From an uncultured Bacilli bacterium (GTDB lineage Bacteria > Bacillota_I > Bacilli_A > RF39 > UBA660), in contig CANQIY010000001.1 of the NCBI GenBank assembly GCA_947624125.1, positions 1 through 33,466 on the forward strand: a stretch of 33,466 bases of DNA, given 5' to 3'. Shown here in pieces: positions 25,765 to 32,636 of this stretch (positions are counted from its first letter, which is position 1; every line of letters starts with the position of its first letter). The notes under the pieces are model-generated. The model was not told where the DNA came from, made no database searches, and worked only from the letters and a program-made list of their open reading frames with translations. A program made the translations under genes and the position numbers.

Positions 25765-27048
25765 ATGCAAGTTATTAACAAAAAGATAATTGTTATTTTT
25801 ATATGTTTATTTATATTTTCTTTTGGGTTATATAAATTATTAGATAAAAAAGAAATAGAATTAGATAGTGTTATATTAGATACTCAAAAACAAGATAATA
25901 TTTTTGCTATATATGTAGAAGAAGATAAGAATAATTATAAAGAAGATGAATTAATTCCAACAGATGGTTATGTATTTAATAAAGAAAAATCTCAATGTAT
26001 GAGTATTGATGGAAATATAATAAATAATATACTAAGTTATGATTATGAAAATAAAAAATTAATTGTGGATACCACCGAAAGTATAAATTGTTATTTATAT
26101 TTTGATAAAGGAGCAGGTTTAGAAATAATAGGAAATATGCCCAATAATTTAAATAATAATCAAGCAGGAATGTATCGTTTTCAGGGTAGTAAAGAACAAG
26201 TAAATAACAATTATATATGTTTTGGAACAAGTGATAGTAATGAATGTAAAACAAATTTTAATAAATATATGTATCGGATAATAGGTATAGAAGAAAGTGG
26301 TAATATAAAAGTTATCAAAGAAAATTCATTAGGTACCTATGCTTTTCATAATGATGAACAAGTAGATATCTTATATAAACAAAGTGAAATCTATAGTAAA
26401 TTAAATAATACTAATAATAATAATGGAATATTTATAGGAAGTGATTATGTACCAAAGGAATGGGAAGATAAAATATTAGAACATGAATTTTATCAAGGCT
26501 ATTACGGAGGTTCTATTAGTGTTGATAAGATTAGTCAAGAAATGTTATATGAATTAGAAACAGGAAAAATAAAAGTTAGTCATACAATTAAAGTTCCTAC
26601 TGAACAAAAAGGAACAACAGGTGTATCATGTAGAAATGTAACAGCTGGAGCAAATGTTGGCCAAGAAGTTTGTTATAAATATAGTGAAGGGAAAGAATGG
26701 GAAAGATTTACTAGTAAAATAGGATTACTATATGCACATGATGTATATTATGCAACCCAAAAAGATGGTTATAATTGTAACTATCATTATACTGAATCTC
26801 AATTAGGGCCTTGTATAAATTCGTGGTTAAATAAGACAGGAAGGGAATATGTTATAGGTTTAGGAGGATATAGCTATATGTATGGTTTTTATGGTGCATA
26901 TAATGTTGGATATGGAACATATTTAGGTACCATTACTTATCAAGTAGGTTTTACAACCCAACTAGATATTAGACCCGTCTTCTATTTAAAAAACAATATA
27001 AAATTAATAGATGGAAATGGAACCGAAACAGACCCATTTATCATTTAA
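25765..27048 (+). CDS. Hypothetical membrane-anchored extracellular protein (427 aa), Cys- and Tyr/Gly-rich
   Basis: ATG 25765 lies 8 nt after AGGGAG. The track TTG 25699 has no SD and falls right after the terminator. It has an N-terminal signal anchor (KKIIVIFICLFIFSFGLYKLL), eight extracellular Cys in four neighbouring pairs, the stretch GGYSYMYGFYGAYNVGYGTYLG, and the C-terminus IRPVFYLK…DGNGTETDPFII. Confidence 0.7.
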   Translation: MQVINKKIIVIFICLFIFSFGLYKLLDKKEIELDSVILDTQKQDNIFAIYVEEDKNNYKEDELIPTDGYVFNKEKSQCMSIDGNIINNILSYDYENKKLIVDTTESINCYLYFDKGAGLEIIGNMPNNLNNNQAGMYRFQGSKEQVNNNYICFGTSDSNECKTNFNKYMYRIIGIEESGNIKVIKENSLGTYAFHNDEQVDILYKQSEIYSKLNNTNNNNGIFIGSDYVPKEWEDKILEHEFYQGYYGGSISVDKISQEMLYELETGKIKVSHTIKVPTEQKGTTGVSCRNVTAGANVGQEVCYKYSEGKEWERFTSKIGLLYAHDVYYATQKDGYNCNYHYTESQLGPCINSWLNKTGREYVIGLGGYSYMYGFYGAYNVGYGTYLGTITYQVGFTTQLDIRPVFYLKNNIKLIDGNGTETDPFII

Positions 27049-27084
27049 AAAATAAATAATAAAATACTTTTTCCGCAAATTTAA

Positions 27085-27113
27085 TTGTCTTTAATATTTA
27101 AAAATAGTATAAT
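27085..27113 (+). promoter_or_regulatory. Promoter for mutS (predicts a leaderless or near-leaderless mRNA)
   Basis: TTGTCT (27085-27090), 17-nt spacer, TATAAT (27108-27113). ATG 27121 begins 7 nt after the -10 element and has no SD. Confidence 0.5.
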
Positions 27114-27120
27114 AAAAAGC

Positions 27121-29658
27121 ATGAAAAGAAATGAAGTAGATAGAACAAAATTAAGTCCAATGATGAAACAATATATGGAAATAAAAGACCAGTATAAAGA
27201 TGAGCTTTTATTTTTTCGTCTTGGCGATTTTTATGAACTTTTTTTTGAAGATGGGGAAATTGCCTCGCGTGAATTAGAATTAACTCTAACTGGTAAAAGT
27301 GCGGGCTTAGATGAGCGAGTACCTATGTGTGGTGTTCCTTATCATGCAGTTAAAAGCTATGTGGAAAAAATCGTTAATAAAGGTTATCGAGTAGCTATAT
27401 GCGAACAATTAGAAGACCCTAAAACGACTAAAGATACTGTAAAAAGAGGAGTTATAGATGTCATAAGTAAAGGAACAATAACCGATTATGAATTTTTAGA
27501 TGAAAAAAAGAATTCTTATATTGCGAGCATTTTAGAATTTAGTGATATTTTTCTAATTACATATGCTGATATTTCAACAGGTGATTTATATAGTCTTACC
27601 ATTAATCATAATGTCGAAAAACTTATTAGTGAAATATTAACTTTAGGAATAAAAGAAGTCATTCTTTTAGATAATAGTAATATTTCTTTAGTTGACATTC
27701 TAAAAAATAAATATAGTATTGATGTTGTCTTTAGCAGTGAATATTATCATGATGAAATAAGTTTCTTAGCTAATTTAAAAGATGCAAGACAAAAAGCTGG
27801 AGTTAATCATTTATTCTATTATTTAGTTGTAAAAGAATTAAAAAGTATTAATCATTTCAATAATTGTGAAGTTATTTCGAAAACCGATTATTTAGAAATG
27901 GATGTTCATACCATTAGAAATCTAGAATTATTTGAAACAATTAGGTTAAAGGAGCGAACATTTTCTTTAATATGGTTACTAGATAAATGTAAGACAGCAA
28001 TGGGTTCAAGAAAATTAAGAACATTCTTAATGCATCCATTAAAAGATATCGATGAATTAAATAAAAGATATGATAAAATTGAGATTTTAAATAATAATTT
28101 TATTTTAAAAGATGAATTAAAAAATTTATTATATGAAATATATGATTTAGAAAGATTATGTGGGAAAGTAAATGCCGGTACTGCTAATGGAAGGGATTTA
28201 ATTCAATTTCGAAATAGTTTAAAAGTATTACCAAGGATAAAAGAAATATTAGATGAATTAAAAATTGAAGAAGATATCAATACTCACCAAGATATATATA
28301 GTTTATTAGAATTAGCTCTTTATAATGAACCCCCAATTAGTATTAGAGAGGGCGATTTAATTAAAGAAGGATATAATCAAAAATTAGATGAGCTTAAAAG
28401 TATTAGAAGTGGTGGTAAAGATTTTTTAATTCAATTTGAAAATGAATTAAAAGAAAAAACAGGTATTAAAAATTTAAAAGTTGGATTTAATAAAGTTTTT
28501 GGTTATTATATTGAAATATCAAAAGGACAACAAAAAGAAGTTAAAGAAGAATTTGGTTGGGAAAGAAGACAAACTCTTACTAACTGTGAAAGATATATTT
28601 CCCCGGAATTAAAAGAGAAAGAAGAACTTATTTTAAATGCTGAAGAAAAAATTATTGAATTAGAATATGATTTATTTGTTGAAATTAGAAATATTATTAA
28701 AAAAGAAATTTTAAAGATTAAAAATACAGCTGATTTTATTAGTGAAGTCGATGCTTTAGTGTCCCTTTCTATTTGTAGTGAAGAATTAAATTTAGTAAGA
28801 CCTACATTAAATAAAGAAAAAAAATTAGTTATTGTAGAAGGAAGACATCCAGTTGTTGAAAATGTTAGTAAAGATTTATATGTTCCAAATGATTGCCTTA
28901 TGGACGATAACAATAGAACACTTTTAATTACAGGACCTAATATGAGCGGTAAATCGACTTATATGCGGCAGATAGCTATTACAATAATTATGGCGCAAAT
29001 GGGTTCTTTTGTTCCAGCGAAAAAAGCTATTTTACCTATAATTGATAAAATCTTTACCCGGATTGGGGCCAGTGATGATTTAGTAAGCGGTGAATCAACG
29101 TTTATGGTTGAAATGAAAGAAGCAAAGAATGCGGTTTGTAATGCAACAGAAAATAGTTTAATCATTTTTGATGAATTAGGAAGAGGAACAGCTACTTACG
29201 ATGGAATGAGTTTAGCTCAAGCTATTTTAGAATATGTAACTGATAAAATAAAAGCTTTAACCCTTTTTTCAACCCATTATCATGAACTAACTAGTCTAAA
29301 TAAAAAATATAAAACAATTAAAAATGTTCATGTTAGTGCGATAGAAAAAGAGGGAACAGTAACGTTTTTACATAAAATAAAAGAGGGTGCCATTGATAAA
29401 AGTTATGGTATTCATGTGGCGAAGATGACAGATATGCCAGAAGAAATAATTAAGAGTGCTGAAGAAATATTAAATGGATATGAACAAAAAAAGAAGAATA
29501 AGGAAGAAGAAAGAGTTCAATTAAGTTTTGATTTTGACACCGAAAAGCAAGAAGAAGAAAAAATACAAGAAAAAATTAAGAAATGTAATCCCTTAGAAAT
29601 GACACCTATTGAAGCTCTTAATTTCTTGTATGATTTAAAAATGGAAATTAAAAAATAA
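27121..29658 (+). CDS. mutS: DNA mismatch repair protein MutS
   Basis: SPMMKQYMEIK follows 12 aa after ATG 27121. It has the mismatch-binding motif GDFYELF, Walker A GPNMSGKST, DELGRGT, and a C-terminal QLSFDF (29518-29535) resembling the QLSFF beta-clamp motif of B. subtilis MutS. Confidence 0.95.
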   Translation: MKRNEVDRTKLSPMMKQYMEIKDQYKDELLFFRLGDFYELFFEDGEIASRELELTLTGKSAGLDERVPMCGVPYHAVKSYVEKIVNKGYRVAICEQLEDPKTTKDTVKRGVIDVISKGTITDYEFLDEKKNSYIASILEFSDIFLITYADISTGDLYSLTINHNVEKLISEILTLGIKEVILLDNSNISLVDILKNKYSIDVVFSSEYYHDEISFLANLKDARQKAGVNHLFYYLVVKELKSINHFNNCEVISKTDYLEMDVHTIRNLELFETIRLKERTFSLIWLLDKCKTAMGSRKLRTFLMHPLKDIDELNKRYDKIEILNNNFILKDELKNLLYEIYDLERLCGKVNAGTANGRDLIQFRNSLKVLPRIKEILDELKIEEDINTHQDIYSLLELALYNEPPISIREGDLIKEGYNQKLDELKSIRSGGKDFLIQFENELKEKTGIKNLKVGFNKVFGYYIEISKGQQKEVKEEFGWERRQTLTNCERYISPELKEKEELILNAEEKIIELEYDLFVEIRNIIKKEILKIKNTADFISEVDALVSLSICSEELNLVRPTLNKEKKLVIVEGRHPVVENVSKDLYVPNDCLMDDNNRTLLITGPNMSGKSTYMRQIAITIIMAQMGSFVPAKKAILPIIDKIFTRIGASDDLVSGESTFMVEMKEAKNAVCNATENSLIIFDELGRGTATYDGMSLAQAILEYVTDKIKALTLFSTHYHELTSLNKKYKTIKNVHVSAIEKEGTVTFLHKIKEGAIDKSYGIHVAKMTDMPEEIIKSAEEILNGYEQKKKNKEEERVQLSFDFDTEKQEEEKIQEKIKKCNPLEMTPIEALNFLYDLKMEIKK

Positions 29659-29687
29659 TTGACAAACAATTATTCGTGATGTAAAAT
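29659..29687 (+). promoter_or_regulatory. Promoter for the nusB operon
   Basis: TTGACA (29659-29664), 17-nt spacer, TAAAAT (29682-29687). Confidence 0.6.
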
Positions 29688-29716
29688 TAAAGATAGCTAA
29701 TAAAGGATGGGATAGT

Positions 29717-30109
29717 ATGGCAAAGACACGAAGCGAACTGAGAGAAAAATGTATGATTATTTTATATCAATGGAGTCTTTTTAAAGATAAAGGTAAAGTT
29801 GTTCTTGATGATATAATTAAAGATAATTTAGAAGTTGATAATGATTTTGTAAGGGATATTGTTTATGGGGTTATTACTCATATTGATGAAATCGATAAGC
29901 TAGCTAATACTTATATGAAAGATTGGGATATAGAAAGAATAGATAAAACCGGCGCAGCTATTCTACGGATGGCAATATTTGAAATTAAATATACGCAAAC
30001 ACCAGAAATAGTTGTTATTAATGAAGCTATAGTACTAGCTAAAAAATATAGTGATGATAGTTTAAAGGGCATTATTAATGCGGTTTTAGATAAGATAATT
30101 AAAGAATGA
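29717..30109 (+). CDS. nusB: Transcription antitermination factor NusB
   Basis: 130 aa, beginning R.ELREKCMIILYQW…, with ER…K.GAAILRMAIFEI…INEAIVLAKKY. Confidence 0.92.
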   Translation: MAKTRSELREKCMIILYQWSLFKDKGKVVLDDIIKDNLEVDNDFVRDIVYGVITHIDEIDKLANTYMKDWDIERIDKTGAAILRMAIFEIKYTQTPEIVVINEAIVLAKKYSDDSLKGIINAVLDKIIKE

Positions 30110-30978
30110 ATTTAACGAGTGAAGATAAAAATAAAATTAAAAAAGTGACATATGTTGAGCAATTAAATTTAAGTTCAGGAAGTTATTATGTTAAAAGAAT
30201 TGTCTTAGGTGAAGATGCTTATCCTTATGGTTTAGCTTTAAACGAAGTTATTGGTATGAGTTTAATTAAATATTTTAATATACCGGGTATTGTTTGTCCC
30301 TTTTATCAAATTTATATGCCAAAGAAAGAAAACGATGAAGAAATATATGTTATTAGCGAAGATTTAAATCGTTTTGGGGATTTTCGTTTAGCGTCTTTTT
30401 TAGGTATTTCTTATGTTAAGGGTGCATCATTATATGAAATATGGGTTCTTTTAGAAAAGAATTGGCAAAATAAAAAAGAATGGTTAGCAAAATTACCTTC
30501 TCTTTTTCAAAACATAATATTTATGTATTTATTTGATATCTTTTTTAATAATTGGGATAGAAAGAATAATAACTGGGGTATTATTTTTAATAAAGATTTA
30601 CAATTAGCAATGTTTGATAATGAATATATTTTTGATTTACGTAAATCACCCCATATTTCAGTAGATATTGATGGGGCAAAATATTTAGAAAGACGAAAAA
30701 AAGAAAAAATTCAAAATATTATTTTAAATGAATTACAAACATTTATAAAAGAATCGAGTACGGAATTTGTCGAAATAATGGACCTTTTCTTAACCAAAAT
30801 GACACCGAATGATTTTGCTCATATTTTAGATGAAATAGAAAATAATAATTATATTATAACGGACGAAGAAAAGATTAAATTAGAAATAGATGATAGGGAA
30901 GAATTACAAGATAGTTATGAAGATAATTATATGTTAATTGAAAATATAAAGAGGGAGATAAGTCATGGAAGAAAGTAA
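30106..30978 (+). CDS. Protein-kinase-like fold protein (HipA/PI3-4K-like catalytic loop) of unknown function
   Basis: ATGA overlap with the nusB stop, and its 3' end overlaps the xseA start by 14 nt. It has a Gly-rich loop with Lys (LSSGSYYVKR), a catalytic loop NNWDRKNNNWGII (30547-30585, D-x-K-x-x-N) and an FDNE motif (DFG-like) 17 aa later. Confidence 0.5.
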   Translation: MNLTSEDKNKIKKVTYVEQLNLSSGSYYVKRIVLGEDAYPYGLALNEVIGMSLIKYFNIPGIVCPFYQIYMPKKENDEEIYVISEDLNRFGDFRLASFLGISYVKGASLYEIWVLLEKNWQNKKEWLAKLPSLFQNIIFMYLFDIFFNNWDRKNNNWGIIFNKDLQLAMFDNEYIFDLRKSPHISVDIDGAKYLERRKKEKIQNIILNELQTFIKESSTEFVEIMDLFLTKMTPNDFAHILDEIENNNYIITDEEKIKLEIDDREELQDSYEDNYMLIENIKREISHGRK

Positions 30979-32299
30979 ATATTTAAAAATAAGCGAAATA
31001 AATAATTATATTAAAAATATCTTAGATAATGATTATTTTCTAAACAAAGTTTATCTTAAAGGGGAAATTTCTAATTTTAAAAATCATACTAGAGGTCATT
31101 TATATTTTACACTAAAGGATGAAACTTCAAGAATTAATGCCGTAATGTTTCAAAGTAGTGCTAGAGGTCTTACTTTTAATCCGGAAGATGGCATGAATGT
31201 TTTAATTGAAGGAAGAATTAGTGCATATCCTGCCAGTGGTAGTTATCAAATATATGTTGAAAAAATGGAATTAGATGGGGTTGGTAATCTTTATATTGAA
31301 TTTGAAAAATTAAAAGAAAAATTATATAAAGAAGGATTATTTAATAAAGACAAAAAGAAACCAATACCGAAATATCCGGAAAGAATTGGGGTAGTTACAG
31401 CCGATACGGGGGCTGCCGTAAGAGATATAATGAGTACCATTCGAAGAAGATTTCCAATTTGTGAGGTAATTTTATTTCCCACTTTAGTCCAAGGGGAATA
31501 TGCAGCGGAGAATATTGTTAAACAAATTGCCGTGGCTGATAATTATCATTGTGATGTTTTAATTGTTGGAAGAGGCGGAGGCTCAATTGAAGATTTATGG
31601 GCCTTTAATGAGGAAATTGTTGCAAGAGCAATATATAATGCGAATACTCCTATCATTAGTGCGGTTGGGCATGAGCCGGATTTTACAATTGCAGATTTTG
31701 TCGCTGATTTACGAGCACCAACACCTACCGGGGCCGCGGAAATGGCTGTTCCAACAGTGCTTGATATCAATAATATTCTTCATCAATATCAAATTAGGTT
31801 AAATAAAAATATAAAAAATTTAATAAATACAAAGTTTATTTCCTTAAGAAATTTAAGAAATGCCTTTGTATTAAAAAATCCGATGAGTTTATATGAAATA
31901 AAAGAACAAAAATTAGATAAATTAATGGATTTAATTAATCGCAATATCAAAATTATTATTGATAACAAAAGTCATGAAGTTGAAGTCGACATCAATAAAT
32001 TAAAATTATTGAGTCCAGAAAATTTGATAAATAATAATCAAAATAAGCTCAATAATGTTGTTATAAACATTAATAATATAATTGAAAAAAGAATTAGTAA
32101 TACGAAGCATAATTTAGATTACTTAATTAATACATTAAAATTAGTGAATCCTCTAAATATTTTAAGTAATGGTTATTCACTTGTTTATAAAGAAGAAAAA
32201 GTTATTAAAAGTATAAAAGATTTAAAAATTGATGATAAAATAAGAATTAAATTATCCGAAGGAGAAATAACAGGTCTTGTTAAAGAAATAAAAGATTAG
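30965..32299 (+). CDS. xseA: Exodeoxyribonuclease VII large subunit
   Basis: GAGGGAG SD. It has an N-terminal OB fold (VYLKGEISNFKNHTRGHLYFTLKD), VGRGGGSIEDLWAFNEE and GHEPDFTIADFVAD. Confidence 0.95.
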   Translation: MEESKYLKISEINNYIKNILDNDYFLNKVYLKGEISNFKNHTRGHLYFTLKDETSRINAVMFQSSARGLTFNPEDGMNVLIEGRISAYPASGSYQIYVEKMELDGVGNLYIEFEKLKEKLYKEGLFNKDKKKPIPKYPERIGVVTADTGAAVRDIMSTIRRRFPICEVILFPTLVQGEYAAENIVKQIAVADNYHCDVLIVGRGGGSIEDLWAFNEEIVARAIYNANTPIISAVGHEPDFTIADFVADLRAPTPTGAAEMAVPTVLDINNILHQYQIRLNKNIKNLINTKFISLRNLRNAFVLKNPMSLYEIKEQKLDKLMDLINRNIKIIIDNKSHEVEVDINKLKLLSPENLINNNQNKLNNVVININNIIEKRISNTKHNLDYLINTLKLVNPLNILSNGYSLVYKEEKVIKSIKDLKIDDKIRIKLSEGEITGLVKEIKD

Positions 32300-32314
32300 A
32301 AAGAAGGAAGAAAA

Positions 32315-32542
32315 ATGGAAAAAGAAAAAACTTTTGAAAGTAATTTACAAGAATTAGAATTATTAGTGCGGGAATTAGAAACAGGTAATGTTCCCCTAGA
32401 AGATGCGATAAAAAAATATACTGATGCAATGGAATTAGCTAAAAATTGTAGTGAAAAATTAAATGAAGCAACAGCTAAAGTTAATAAAATCTTAGCAAGT
32501 AATGGGGAATTAAAAGATTTTGAAATTAAAGAAGAAAATTAA
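32315..32542 (+). CDS. xseB: Exodeoxyribonuclease VII small subunit
   Basis: 75 aa with FESNLQELELLVRELETGNVPLEDAIKKY..A..L…C. Confidence 0.92.
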   Translation: MEKEKTFESNLQELELLVRELETGNVPLEDAIKKYTDAMELAKNCSEKLNEATAKVNKILASNGELKDFEIKEEN

Positions 32543-32578
32543 ACTTTATGTAAAATAATGTTTTAATTTTCTTTTTTT
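32534..32578 (+). terminator. Possible AT-rich intrinsic terminator after xseB
   Basis: GAAAATTAAA (32534-32543) / TTTAATTTTC (32562-32571) with an 18-nt loop, followed by T7. The stem is entirely weak pairs apart from its closing G-C pair. Confidence 0.4.
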
Positions 32579-32636
32579 AAATAAATTTAGCAACTTAGAT
32601 AATTTATTTGGAGTATAATATAATTAGTGATAAGGT

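Noticed and set aside
105-27120. N-terminal extensions implied by the longest-ORF starts in the track: TTG 105 (lon), GTG 4424, GTG 12187, GTG 15349 (tig), GTG 18126, GTG 22703 (pnp), TTG 25699 and TTG 27085 (mutS).
   Set aside because: These upstream near-cognate starts lack SD sequences. Several coincide with promoter hexamers or terminator stems (25699 and 27085 fall on -35-like TTG hexamers; 22703 is inside the rpsO terminator). Downstream ATG/TTG codons have proper SD spacing and give N-termini that match the protein families.
30106-30978. Interpreting the HipA-like ORF as a HipBA toxin-antitoxin module.
   Set aside because: There is no small HTH (HipB-like) gene upstream or downstream, since the neighbours are nusB and xseA. 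The protein at 290 aa is much shorter than HipA (about 440 aa). Only the catalytic-loop resemblance is retained.
5597-31802. All minus-strand ORFs in the supplied track: 5597-5785, 6470-6709, 7105-7317, 13434-13652, 14545-14868, 17778-18065, 18384-18617, 19084-19317, 19620-19922, 20298-20525, 21370-21675, 23428-23655, 24064-24480, 24858-25145, 25976-26254, 28506-28913, 28959-29165, 31291-31482 and 31546-31770. Also the + strand alternate-frame ORF at 31563-31802.
   Set aside because: Each lies entirely or almost entirely inside a well-supported + strand gene; 14545-14868 and 24858-25145 each straddle two adjacent + strand genes and the gap between them. None has a visible SD, and all translate to low-complexity Phe/Ile/Ser/Leu-rich strings typical of antisense or shadow frames in AT-rich DNA.
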